From Longimicrobiales bacterium (GTDB taxonomy: Bacteria > Gemmatimonadota > Gemmatimonadetes > Longimicrobiales > Gaopeijiaceae): DNA of 64,000 bases. Under the pieces are notes generated by a model. That model searched no databases. It was not told the DNA's origin and saw only the letters and a list, made by a program, of their open reading frames with translations. Location: the NCBI GenBank assembly GCA_965202985.1, contig CBDBCF010000001.1, forward strand, positions 2,784,001 through 2,848,000, read 5' to 3'. The position numbers and the translations under genes were made by a program. Below, piece after piece: positions 36,791-48,437 of the stretch; within the stretch, counting starts at the first letter, position 1, and each line of letters begins with the position of its first letter.

Positions 36791-38579
36791 CCAGGGCCGC
36801 GAGCACGCCCGCCGCAAACAAGTATGCGCCCAGGTGGAGCAGGTGGTCGAACGCCAAGCTGTACAAGACCATGGCGAGCCCCCCTCCGACGACGGCCGCG
36901 CTTGCCGGCGAGCGGGGCGGACTCCAGCGCGTTCGCAAGAGCGACAACAAGAACAGCACGTAGAACGACGCGGGCACAATGCCGGCTTCTCCCGCCAGCT
37001 TCAAGTACATGTTGTGCACGCTCGTCGGTGTGCCCGTCCGGTCGTTGGGAGCGCCGGACAGGCTGAGCATGCTGCCGATTCCGTGACCGACGAAGGGAGA
37101 CTCCAAGAACCGTCGCGCGCCGATCCGCCAAATGGACGCTCTCCGCGCAAAGTCGCCGGTACGGGGCGGATCGACGAATCGATGGTCGCCGGACCAGCCG
37201 TTGCCGCTCATGCGGACGCGAGAGAGCTGCTCGAAGTTGTCCAGAGTCCAGGGCCCGGGACCCGACAGCCGGTTGTTGTCCACGATCAGGACGCTCAGCT
37301 GCGGGAGCGTGCCCAGCTCCGGAGGAAGGCGGCCCGTCAGGGCGTTCTTGCCCAAGTTCAGGAACCTCAGGCGGGCCAGGGCGCCTAGTTGCGGCGGTAT
37401 GGGCCCGGACAGGCGATTCCGGTGGAGGCGGAGGACGGACAAGCGGTCCAGACCGGCCAGCTCGGCAGGGATCTGCCCGCTCAAGCCCATATCCGACAGA
37501 TCGAGCGAGACCACGCGGGGCGGCTCTCCCGCCATCCGGACGCCCCGCCAATGCGCGAGGGGATGCCCATCGGTCCAGTTCAGGCTGGCGCGGCCTTCCG
37601 ACCCGCCCACCAGCACGCCGGCCGTCGCTTGGAGGACCGTGCAGTCGCGACGGAGGCCCGGGTTGGACGGCGGGACCTGGGCGCAGTACATGGCCGGGCC
37701 CGGGCTGACGTGGTATTCGATGTAGGACTTCGTGTTCTTGAAGTCCCGAGCAGTGTGGACGAACAGCCCGAGTGCTGCGGCCACGGGCGCCCACCGCGCG
37801 ACAACGGCCCACGGGCGGAGGCCGGTCGACCCCAGGTGGTGAAGCCATGTTGCCGCAAGGACGATGCATGCCGTGGTGGAGAGGGACGCCAGGGCGGCCA
37901 GAACGCCCAGGGTCGCACCCGAGAGCGCAAGCTTGCGGTGTCTTGGGCCCTGCAGCAGGGCGAGCGCCACGACGACCGTGATGCATCCGACGAACCCGGC
38001 TTCGTTGGGGTCGACAAAGGCGCCGGACATGCGAAAAGCCCGTCGGGAGGGCCACACCACCCACCAATGCCGCAGCAGCGGCGTGGCGACGACGATCGCG
38101 CAGCTTGCCGTCAACACCGTCAGCACGCCCTTCAACAGGAAGTCGGCGCCGGACCTGCGGATGAGAAGCCGACTGCCGAGAACGGCGGCGGACAGCAGGC
38201 CGAAGTAGAACGCTGGACGCAGCAAGAGTCCGGGAAGGCCGACGCTCGAATGCGCAACGGGTTCGGCCCCATAGGACAGCGCACCGATAGCCGCGTACGT
38301 GGCCAAAGCGGTCAAGAGCAGCGCGGCTGGCCTCCCCGGCGCCAGCGACCGCGCCTTGATCGCACCGGCCAGCACCGCGACGCAACAGCCGGCCGCAACG
38401 GCGAACCCGACGACCTTGATCATTGGGAGGCCCCAAAGATACAGGTACGACAGGTTGCACAGAGCGACGACGGCGAGCGCCCAGAACGCCCACGGAAAAC
38501 CGGCGAACGGCTCGATGCCCGTCGGGTTCGGCCTCGCGAGGCCCGCCCTAGTCGCTGACCGGTCTCCTGTCCGCGCCAA
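36720..38579 (-). CDS. O-antigen ligase/Wzy_C family membrane protein with an inserted plant-type LRR domain
   Basis: RMSGAFVDPNEAG; RASIW...SPFVGHGIG...HNMYLKLAGEAG Wzy_C motifs; internal LSGQIPAELAGL / LSGPIPPQLGAL / LTGRLPPELGTL repeats; start uncertain. Confidence 0.8.
   Translation of the reverse strand: MARTGDRSATRAGLARPNPTGIEPFAGFPWAFWALAVVALCNLSYLYLWGLPMIKVVGFAVAAGCCVAVLAGAIKARSLAPGRPAALLLTALATYAAIGALSYGAEPVAHSSVGLPGLLLRPAFYFGLLSAAVLGSRLLIRRSGADFLLKGVLTVLTASCAIVVATPLLRHWWVVWPSRRAFRMSGAFVDPNEAGFVGCITVVVALALLQGPRHRKLALSGATLGVLAALASLSTTACIVLAATWLHHLGSTGLRPWAVVARWAPVAAALGLFVHTARDFKNTKSYIEYHVSPGPAMYCAQVPPSNPGLRRDCTVLQATAGVLVGGSEGRASLNWTDGHPLAHWRGVRMAGEPPRVVSLDLSDMGLSGQIPAELAGLDRLSVLRLHRNRLSGPIPPQLGALARLRFLNLGKNALTGRLPPELGTLPQLSVLIVDNNRLSGPGPWTLDNFEQLSRVRMSGNGWSGDHRFVDPPRTGDFARRASIWRIGARRFLESPFVGHGIGSMLSLSGAPNDRTGTPTSVHNMYLKLAGEAGIVPASFYVLFLLSLLRTRWSPPRSPASAAVVGGGLAMVLYSLAFDHLLHLGAYLFAAGVLAALATADRSPPRPPRSVPRPTRTAQS
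37190..37690 (-). repeat. LRR domain: N-cap (C...DC...LNW...WRGV) plus about 4 24-aa plant-type LRRs
   Basis: LxxLxLxxNxL(S/T)GxIPxxLGxL periodicity read directly from the translation. Confidence 0.85.
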
Positions 38580-40923
38580 TGGTGTACTCCGGTGGTTCCA
38601 CGCCCAGAAGGTGCCGCACGAAGTAGTCCCAGCGACGGCGCATCATGTAGGGTTCGTTGCCGAAGCCGTGGCCCCGGTTGGGCATCATGATCAAGTCGAA
38701 ATCCTTGTCCGCGGCGATGAGTGCGTCGGCCACCAGCAGCGTGTTGTACACGGGAACGTTCGTGTCCATGGTGCCGTGGGCCAACAGAAGCTTGCCCTGA
38801 AGGTTTTCGGCGATCAGCTGGTTGGCTTGATTGTCGTAGTTCGTCGTGCCGTCGGAGTAGGTCTCCAGCAGGCCCTGCCACTTCTCGCCCCAGTCGTCTT
38901 CGTAGCTGCGGTTGTCGTGGTTGCCGGCCTGGGACACCGCCACCTTGTAGAAGTCCGGGTAGCGCAAGATGCCGGCGGTGCTGGCGAAGCCCCCGCCCGA
39001 GTGACCCCAGATGCCGACTCGGTCCAGGTCCATCCACGGATGACGCTCCGCCAGCTGGCGCACCATCCCCACTTGGTCGGGCAGCCCGTTGTCGCCCATG
39101 TTGCCGTAGTAGGCGTCGTGGAACTCCTTGGAACGCCCCGGCGTGCCCATGGCGTCCACTTCGACCACCACGAACCCCAGTTCGGCCAAGGACTGCTTGT
39201 CCCCGCGGGACGCCCGAAACGAGCGGGATCCCACGCTGCCCGCCTGGGGCCCCGGGTACAGGTAGTTGATCACGGGGTAAGTGCGCGCGGGGTCGAAGTT
39301 CGAAGGCTTGTACATCAGGCCGTGCAAGTCCGTCGTGCCGTCGCGAGCCTTGACCACGAAGGGCACGGGCGGCCGCCAGCTCGTCGCCGCCAAGCGCGAG
39401 ATGTCCGCGCGCTCCAGGTCGACCAAGAGTTGGCCGTTGCGGTTGCGAAGCACGGTCACCGGCGGGACGACCGGCGTCGAGTAGCTGTCCACGAAGTAGC
39501 GATCCGACGGCGAGAAGGAGACCGAATGATCGGCGCTGTCGGGGGTGAGCAACGCAAGGCCCGTCCCGTCGATGCCGATCTTGTACAGGTACCGGAAGTA
39601 CGGGTCGCCGGGCTCGCGGCCCGACCCGGTGAAGTACAGCGTCCTTTCGTGCTCGTCCACGCGAAGCAGCCGGAGCACGTTCCATTCGCCCGCGGTGATC
39701 CGGCCTAGCAGCCGCCCTGTTGCCAGGTCGTACCGATACAGGTGTCCCCAGTTGTGGCGCTTGGAGAACCACAATACCTCGCCGGACTCGTGCAGCACGC
39801 GCCAGTTGGGGAGGCGCGAGCCCGACTCGAAGAAGTGCTCTTCCACCTCGGAGAGCACGTCGCGAACGGCGCCCGTGCGGGGGTCCGCGACGCGCAAGCG
39901 CGCTTCCTTGTGATCCCGCGAACTGGACACGAACGCGAACCGGGAGCCGTCGGGGCTCCACTCGGCGTCCAGCAGCAGGCCGCCGGGGCCTGCCACGTGA
40001 TCGGTGACCGTGGAGCGGTGCGGATCGGGGGGCATGTCCAGGCGCACCACCCGGGAGCCGTCCAAGTGCACGACCACCCGGCTGATGCGGAAGATCAGGC
40101 TGTCGCCCGGCAAGGGATACTTCCACCGTGCCAGTTCGGGCCGTCCGACGGCGGTTGTGGCCATGACCATGTCGCCCACGCCTCGGCCGTCGTGCTGGAA
40201 GGTTGCGATCATGTCCGAACCCGGCGACCAGAGCAGCACCGGCGAATCGCGTCGCATCCAGCCCGCGTTGTTCGTGGCGTAGCCGTAGTCTTCGACGCCG
40301 TCGGTGGTCAAGGGCGTCTCGGCGCCGGTGGCCAAGTCGCGCAGCCACAGGTTGTGAGCGCGGACGAACGCGGCCTTCGTGCCGTCGGGCGACACGACGG
40401 CGTTGGGGTCCTCGTCCCGGGGCGGCGGTCCAGAAAGCCGCGCGCATGTGTACGCCCCCAGGTCGCAGCGCCATCGCGCACCGCCGAACTCGGCCGTCAG
40501 GGCGTCTTCGGCGGTCAGGACGACGCTCTCCGGGAGGTGGTACGGCTCGAAGGTTGTGTCTGCGACGACGCCCAGAGCGGCGGCCACGCGGACGTGGTCG
40601 AAGGCGGGGTCGCGGGTGCCCGCGGCTGGGTCCACTCGCACGAACTCGGTGCCGGCAGACGTGGAGTTCCGGTACCAGAAGCGGTCCGGCGACGAGCCGT
40701 CGGGAAACCATCGCGGTTGCACCGCAGCGCCGAAGACGAGGGGTGCGGTCTGGCGGCCGAGCAGCGACTCGGCGCGCGCGTAGTCTTCGACGGTCGCGCC
40801 AGCCACGGCCCGCTCCTGGACGGCGACGGACGGCGGAGAACCGCCGGCCGCCGACATCGGGTCCAGCATCGAGAGCAAGCCGGCAAGAAGCGCGAAGCCG
40901 GCCGAAGAGGCTGTCGAACTCAT
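38548..40923 (-). CDS. S9B dipeptidyl peptidase IV family protein
   Basis: Beta-propeller SPDG repeats, YPGPQ, GIWGHSGGG nucleophile, HGTMDTNV, NRGH; start approximate. Confidence 0.9.
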   Translation of the reverse strand: MSSTASSAGFALLAGLLSMLDPMSAAGGSPPSVAVQERAVAGATVEDYARAESLLGRQTAPLVFGAAVQPRWFPDGSSPDRFWYRNSTSAGTEFVRVDPAAGTRDPAFDHVRVAAALGVVADTTFEPYHLPESVVLTAEDALTAEFGGARWRCDLGAYTCARLSGPPPRDEDPNAVVSPDGTKAAFVRAHNLWLRDLATGAETPLTTDGVEDYGYATNNAGWMRRDSPVLLWSPGSDMIATFQHDGRGVGDMVMATTAVGRPELARWKYPLPGDSLIFRISRVVVHLDGSRVVRLDMPPDPHRSTVTDHVAGPGGLLLDAEWSPDGSRFAFVSSSRDHKEARLRVADPRTGAVRDVLSEVEEHFFESGSRLPNWRVLHESGEVLWFSKRHNWGHLYRYDLATGRLLGRITAGEWNVLRLLRVDEHERTLYFTGSGREPGDPYFRYLYKIGIDGTGLALLTPDSADHSVSFSPSDRYFVDSYSTPVVPPVTVLRNRNGQLLVDLERADISRLAATSWRPPVPFVVKARDGTTDLHGLMYKPSNFDPARTYPVINYLYPGPQAGSVGSRSFRASRGDKQSLAELGFVVVEVDAMGTPGRSKEFHDAYYGNMGDNGLPDQVGMVRQLAERHPWMDLDRVGIWGHSGGGFASTAGILRYPDFYKVAVSQAGNHDNRSYEDDWGEKWQGLLETYSDGTTNYDNQANQLIAENLQGKLLLAHGTMDTNVPVYNTLLVADALIAADKDFDLIMMPNRGHGFGNEPYMMRRRWDYFVRHLLGVEPPEYTIGADRRPVSD

Positions 40924-41054
40924 GGAATGACCTGCGATTGCGGCTACCTCGCGACAACACCAGTTGAACGGCTGCCCGATGGGCCAATGTCGCTCCCGCG
41001 CCGAATCATCGCAAAAAGCGGGCATCGACAGTGCTCGGCTGCGGCTCGGCCCGA

Positions 41055-41850
41055 CCAACGGTCAGGCGGGCCGTTTGTCGCCCGCGCCAGCAGCTTGTCG
41101 CCCGAGTCGCAGTCCACCACGGTGTCCGCCGCCTCGTCCACCAGCTCCGATCCCGACCCCGCCAAGATGCGACGCAGCCGCTCCGCCGTCCCTGACCCGA
41201 ACCGCCGCTCCGCCAGGCGAACCACCAGCGCCCGCTTGTCGGCCAGCCCCTGTTCCAACCCCTGCTCGCTGGTCTCTCGCCGGAGTTCCTCCGCTGCTTC
41301 CGCCGCCTGCCAGGACATGCCGCCTCCCTCCCTTGGGTGTCTGATCCGCTCCACGATGCGATCAATCGTCGCCGGCGCCACGCCCATCGCGCGTGCCGCC
41401 TCTTCCGCCCACACAGCGTAGCCCTCCCGCACGCCCGCGTGCTCCGGACCGCCGTAGCTTGCTCCGCGGCCGACCTCGAGTCAAGCACCCCGTACGCATG
41501 AGCCGTCTGCCGCCGCGCGACGCTCGGCGATCCCGGCGGCGCCAGCGCGGCCAAGCTGGTCAGCGCGCGCCACGGCTCGGGGCCGATGTGCAGCACAGCG
41601 GACAGGACGGCGGGCGCGCCGCTGCCGTCGGAGTGGTTCCACTGCTCGCTGGCTTTGAGGAAGCGGTAGAGGTGGGCGACGTACTCGAGGCTTCGGAAGA
41701 GCATGTCTAGCCGACGGCGGACTGGTACTCGACGTGGAAGCCGACGGCGCGGCGGCGGTGGCGGAAGGGGACCCACCAAGCGGCGTCGACGCGCCGGAGC
41801 TCGGCCCCGCGGAAGGGACCCGCGCCCGCCGGCAAGCCTGTCCCATCCAG
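41055..41850 (-). pseudogene. Rpn/YhgA-like (PD-(D/E)XK) putative transposase, frameshifted remnant
   Basis: RRVDAAWWV...FHVEYQS, a frameshift, then DMLFRSLEY...PAVLSAVLHIGPEPWRA, another shift, then EQGLEQG...RLAERRFG C-terminus. Confidence 0.7.
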
Positions 41851-41889
41851 CTATGGAAGCGGCTCGGTCCGGTACCCTAATTGGCTCTC

Positions 41890-43455
41890 ATGAACGCCAC
41901 GGAGAAGGATGCTCGCCGCACGCCGTACCCGCCTGCCGCCGCGCGGGCGGTCCTGCGCGAGCACTTCGGGTTCGACGGCTTCCGGCCGGGCCAGCAGCGC
42001 CTGGTCTGCGGCGTGCTGTCCGGCCGGGACGCGCTGGGGGTGTTGCCCACCGGCGGCGGAAAGACGCTGTGCTTCCAGCTGCCGGCGTTCGTCCTGGAGG
42101 GGCTCGTCGTGGTGATCAGCCCTCTCATTTCCCTCATGCAGGACCAAGTGGCGCGCGCCCGCGAACTCGGCCTTCGCGCCGCTTCTCTCACGTCCCAGGA
42201 CCCGCGCCCCGAACAGCGCCGCACGGAGCGCCGGATCGCCGCAAATCGGCTGGACCTGCTGTTCTGCTCGCCGGAGCGCCTCGAATCGGACCGGTTGCGC
42301 ACCCTGTTGGGCGCCGCTCGCGTCTCCTTGCTCACCATTGACGAGGCCCACTGCATCTCCGAGTGGGGGCACGAATTCCGACCCGCCTTCCGCCGCATCC
42401 GCGCGCTCCGCTCCGCAACACGTTCGCCGGTGCTGGCGGTCACGGCCACCGCCACGCCCGCCGTCCGAGAAGACATAGTGAAGATGGCCGGCATGAAGGA
42501 CCCCCTCCGTGTCGTCACGTCGTTCGATCGCCCCAACATCCGCTGGCTGGTGGCCAAGTGCCCCGCCGGCCCCGAGCGGATTCGCGCAGTCGTGGAGATC
42601 GTCCGTCGGGCGCCGGCCCGGTGCGCCGACCGGGCGCTCATCGTCTACGCGCCCACGCGGCGCCAAGTCGTCGCCGTCCGCCGCGCGTTGGCCGGCCACG
42701 GCGTGACCGGCGACGCGTACCACGCAGGCTTGCCCGCCGACGAGCGCCAAGCGGTCCAGGAACGCTTCATGTCCAAGCAGTCCAACGTGGTGGTGGCCAC
42801 CTGCGCCTTCGGCATGGGCATCGACAGGGGCGACGTGTGGGCCGTATTCCACTACGCCTTTCCCGGCTCGCTGGAGAGCTACTATCAAGAGGCGGGTCGG
42901 GCAGGCCGCGACGGCGAACCTTCCCTGGCCCTCGGCTTCGTGCACCGCCGAGACTGGCAGATCCCCAAGTCGTTCTTGAACCGGTCGTTTCCGCCGGAAC
43001 GAGAAGTCCTCGCGCTGCTCTGCAAGCTCGCCGCAGCGGACCGCCTTGAAACAGCCGCTCGCCGGGCCGGCAGGCCACACCCCCTTGCCCCGGCCGCGCT
43101 GGCCGGTCCCGGCTCGGCCAACGTGCCCCATCTGAAGTGGCTGGGACGTTCCGGCGCCGTGCGCCTTGCGCCCGCCTTCAAGGAATGGGTCGAAAGCTGG
43201 CCGGACGGCGAGGCGGACGGCCCTCCGTCCATTGCAGGCCCCGCTGCCGCCTTCACCGGCCGCGCCCCGGACCTGTCGGCCCTGGCCACGGCCCGCAAGC
43301 TTGCCTCGGGCCGCCTGGACGCCATGCGCAAGTACTGCAGGAAAAACGGGTGCCGCCGCGCGGAGCTTCTCCGTTATCTTGGAGAAACGCCTGCCCGATT
43401 GTATTGCGGCTCGTGCGACCAGTGCGAGCGACGGCGGCGCGCCCCCGCCTCCTGA
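41890..43455 (+). CDS. recQ: RecQ family DNA helicase (short form, no HRDC domain)
   Basis: PTGGGKT, DEAHCISEWGHEFRP, TATAT, YYQEAGRAGRDG, CRR...CGSCDQC. Confidence 0.9.
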   Translation: MNATEKDARRTPYPPAAARAVLREHFGFDGFRPGQQRLVCGVLSGRDALGVLPTGGGKTLCFQLPAFVLEGLVVVISPLISLMQDQVARARELGLRAASLTSQDPRPEQRRTERRIAANRLDLLFCSPERLESDRLRTLLGAARVSLLTIDEAHCISEWGHEFRPAFRRIRALRSATRSPVLAVTATATPAVREDIVKMAGMKDPLRVVTSFDRPNIRWLVAKCPAGPERIRAVVEIVRRAPARCADRALIVYAPTRRQVVAVRRALAGHGVTGDAYHAGLPADERQAVQERFMSKQSNVVVATCAFGMGIDRGDVWAVFHYAFPGSLESYYQEAGRAGRDGEPSLALGFVHRRDWQIPKSFLNRSFPPEREVLALLCKLAAADRLETAARRAGRPHPLAPAALAGPGSANVPHLKWLGRSGAVRLAPAFKEWVESWPDGEADGPPSIAGPAAAFTGRAPDLSALATARKLASGRLDAMRKYCRKNGCRRAELLRYLGETPARLYCGSCDQCERRRRAPAS

Positions 43456-44667
43456 ATGCATCCATACCTAGACCGGCGCCACCGCCAGCTACAGTCCGAA
43501 GTCCGCCGGTTCGCCCTGGAATCGATCGTCCCCGAGGCCAGGGAACTCGACGAGACGGCCCGCTTCCCGTGGAAAAACGTCAAGGCCATGGCCGAACGGG
43601 GCTGGCTGGGCGTTCCCGTCCCCACGGAGCTGGGCGGCATGGGCTTGGACGACTTGAGCTACTATGTGGTCGTGGAAGAGCTGGCCAAGCACGACGCCAG
43701 CCACGCCATCACGGTGTCCGCCCACACCAACTTGGGCACCTCGCCGATCCTGAACTTCGGCGACGCCGAGCAAAGGGCCCGCTTCGTGCCGCTCCTGGCG
43801 TCGGGCCAAGTGCTGGGCGGCTTCGGGCTCACGGAACCGGCCGCGGGCTCCGATTCGTCGGGCACGCGCACGAGAGCAGTCCGGGAGAACGGCGGCTACC
43901 GGATCAACGGCAGCAAGATCTTCATCACCCATGCCGGCGTGGGCGAGATCTTCACCGTCACCGCCGTCACGGATCCCGGCGCCGGACACCAAGGCATCAG
44001 CAACTTCGTGGTCTGCAAGCCGACCACCGACTTGGAAGACGCCGAACGCGCGGGCGTGGGACACCGTCCCGAGCTGCCGTACACGGAGGGGGTCAAGGCG
44101 GGCGAGAAGGAAGACAAGCTGGGCTGGCGCGCCTCGGACACGCGCGAACTCCACATGGAAGACGCCTGGGTGGACGCCGCCCAGCGGATCGGCGCGGAGG
44201 GCCAGGGCTTCAGGAACTTCATGAAGACCTTGGACGCCGGGCGCATCGGGATCGCCGCGCTGTCGCTGGGGATCGCCCAAGGCGCGCTGGACCACGCCGT
44301 TCGCTACACGGCGCGGCGTCGTCAGTTCGGCCGGCCCGTCTTCGAGTTCCAGGACGTGCAGTTCGACCTGGCAGGGCTGGCCGCGGAAGTCCAGGCGGCC
44401 CGGCACCTTGCCTACCACGCCGCGTGGCTCAAGCAGCAGGGCCGGCCCTTCGCAAAGGAAGCCGCCATGGCCAAGCTGTTCGCGTCGGAGCTGGCCACCA
44501 GGGCTTCCCGCTCCGCCGTCCAGTACTTGGGAGCCGCAGGGTACACGTCGGACCATCCGGTCGAGCGCATGATGCGCGACGCCAAGGCGTGCGAGATCGG
44601 AGAAGGGACGAGCGAAATTCAGAAGATCGTGATCGGCCGCCACCTGCGGCGCGACGCAAGCACGTGA
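43456..44667 (+). CDS. Acyl-CoA dehydrogenase
   Basis: GLTEPAAGSD, INGSKIFIT, KLGWRASDT, RRQFG, EIGEGTSEIQ. Confidence 0.92.
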   Translation: MHPYLDRRHRQLQSEVRRFALESIVPEARELDETARFPWKNVKAMAERGWLGVPVPTELGGMGLDDLSYYVVVEELAKHDASHAITVSAHTNLGTSPILNFGDAEQRARFVPLLASGQVLGGFGLTEPAAGSDSSGTRTRAVRENGGYRINGSKIFITHAGVGEIFTVTAVTDPGAGHQGISNFVVCKPTTDLEDAERAGVGHRPELPYTEGVKAGEKEDKLGWRASDTRELHMEDAWVDAAQRIGAEGQGFRNFMKTLDAGRIGIAALSLGIAQGALDHAVRYTARRRQFGRPVFEFQDVQFDLAGLAAEVQAARHLAYHAAWLKQQGRPFAKEAAMAKLFASELATRASRSAVQYLGAAGYTSDHPVERMMRDAKACEIGEGTSEIQKIVIGRHLRRDAST

Positions 44668-44683
44668 CGGGACAAGGGTTCGC

Positions 44684-46207
44684 TTGAAGAGAGAGATCCT
44701 CGTAAGCGCTTCGGACCGGGAGTCCTGGGTCGCCTTGAAGGAAGACGGCAAGCTCGCCGAACTCCTGTTCGACCGGCCCGGCGAAGGTCGAATCGCCGGC
44801 GACATCTTCTTGGGACGCGTGGAGTCGGTGCTGTCCGGCATCCAAGCGGCGTTCGTGGACATCGGTTGCGACAAGGGCGGGTTCCTCCACGCGTCAGACG
44901 CGACGGGAGAACAGGACGACCGCGTGCGCAACGGGCGCAACCGCGACGGCCCGCGCATCGAGGACGTCCTGTCGAAGGGCGACGTGGTGCTCGTCAAGGT
45001 CACCAAGGAGGCCATCTCCACGAAGGGGCCTCGGGTCACCACCCGCATCTCCCTGCCCGGACGCTTCCTGGTCTACCTTCCCGCCTCGAGCCACGTGGGC
45101 GTCAGTCGCAAGATCGACCACCGGGGCGAGCGCTCGCGCCTGCGCGACATGGCGCGGACCGTCGTGGACGGACGCCAGGGCGGAGTCATCGTGCGCACGG
45201 CCGGCGAGGAGCTCACCCAGGACAAGCTGGCGAAGGAGTACGAACAGCTGCGGCGCTTGTGGCAGTCGATCCAGCGCCGGGCGGCCCGCGCGCAAGCGCC
45301 CGCCTTGGTGCACGAGGACGCCAAGCTCGTGTCGGGCGTGATCCGCGACCTGTTCACGGACAAGTTCGAGGCCGTCACCATCGACAATCGCCAGGTGTAC
45401 GAGCAGATCGCCAAGTACGTGAAGACGTTCGACCCCGCCCTGCTGGACCGCATCCACCTCTACGACGGCGGAACCCCTCTGTTCGACCACGCCGGCGTGG
45501 AAGAGGACATCCAGCGCACCTTCCGGCGCCGGGTGGACCTGCCGTCCGGCGGACACGTGATCATCGAGCCCACGGAGGCGCTGGTGTCGGTGGACGTGAA
45601 CACGGGGCGCTTCACCGGCAAGGGAAGGGCAAGGAAGAAGGATCCGGAAGAGACGATCCTGAAGACGAACTTGGACGCGGCCCGAGAGATCGCGGCTCAG
45701 CTCCGGCTGCGGGACGTGGGCGGGATCGTCGTGATCGACTTCATCGACATGGAGTCGCCCGAGAACCGCAAGAAGGTCCTGCACGAGTTGCGGAGCCGCT
45801 TGGGGCGGGACCGTGCCCGCACCCGGACGTGGGAGGTGTCGGACCTGGGGCTCGTCGAGATGACCCGGCAACGAGTGCGCCCGCCGCTGCTTCAGTCGTT
45901 GACCGATCCCTGCGCCGCGTGCGGCGGGACGGGGCGCGTCTGGTCGGCGCCGGCCCTGGTGCGCGAAGTCGAGCGGTGCATCCGCCGGGCCGCCGCCCTG
46001 GGCGACGACACGGACCTGCTGGTGCGCGTCCACCCCCAGGTGGCGCTTCAGGTCATGGAGTTCGAGCCCCGCTTCGTGCGCAAGCTGGCGCGTCGCACGC
46101 GGCTCCGCCTGGACCTGCGCGACGACCCGCTCCTGCGGCACGACGAGTTCCGCATCCTGGCCGGCCGCGCCCGGAACGACGTCACCGACAAGTACCGCGT
46201 GGCCTGA
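44684..46207 (+). CDS. rng: Rne/Rng family ribonuclease (RNase G-like)
   Basis: S1 domain (QAAFVDIG), VDVNTG, GGIVVIDFIDM, EMTRQR, CxxC Zn link. Confidence 0.9.
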   Translation: MKREILVSASDRESWVALKEDGKLAELLFDRPGEGRIAGDIFLGRVESVLSGIQAAFVDIGCDKGGFLHASDATGEQDDRVRNGRNRDGPRIEDVLSKGDVVLVKVTKEAISTKGPRVTTRISLPGRFLVYLPASSHVGVSRKIDHRGERSRLRDMARTVVDGRQGGVIVRTAGEELTQDKLAKEYEQLRRLWQSIQRRAARAQAPALVHEDAKLVSGVIRDLFTDKFEAVTIDNRQVYEQIAKYVKTFDPALLDRIHLYDGGTPLFDHAGVEEDIQRTFRRRVDLPSGGHVIIEPTEALVSVDVNTGRFTGKGRARKKDPEETILKTNLDAAREIAAQLRLRDVGGIVVIDFIDMESPENRKKVLHELRSRLGRDRARTRTWEVSDLGLVEMTRQRVRPPLLQSLTDPCAACGGTGRVWSAPALVREVERCIRRAAALGDDTDLLVRVHPQVALQVMEFEPRFVRKLARRTRLRLDLRDDPLLRHDEFRILAGRARNDVTDKYRVA

Positions 46208-46241
46208 ACCGTCGGGGCCGGAAACGGAGTAGATTGCGACC

Positions 46242-47873
<1,632 letters not shown>

Positions 47874-48437
47874 CCTTGCAGTGGCGCGCCAATACGGGGC
47901 CGCCGCACAGCTCGCAGGCCGACTCCGCGATGTAGCGGCGCCCGAGCGCCACGTAGTGGGCGGCGCTCCGCTCGGTCCATGCCGCCGCCCGCGGACTCAA
48001 CGCCCGTACACGGCCGGGCACCCCCGCCACCAGCCGCCCGCTCGGCACGTCGGCGCCCCCCTTCACCACGGCGCCGGCGGCCACCACGCAGCCTTCTCCA
48101 AGGCGAGCGCCCTGGAGCACGGAGGCGTTCATCCCCACCACCGTTCGCCGCCCGACCCGACAGCTCTCCAGTACGGCGCCGTGACCCACCGTCGCCTCTT
48201 CCTCCACGATCGTGTCGCCCGCGGCGCTCACGTGCACCACGACGTTGTCCTGCACGTTGGCGCGCGCGCCGATCCGAATGCCGTGCCCCGGATGGTCGCC
48301 TCGCAACACGGCGCCGAACCAGACGCTGGCCTCGTGGCCGATCCTCACGTCCCCGATCAGCACGGCTCCGGGCGCCACGAAAGCGCTTTCCGCAACCCGG
48401 GGCCGGCGCCCTCCGAGCGCGACGACCCTCGGCGCCG

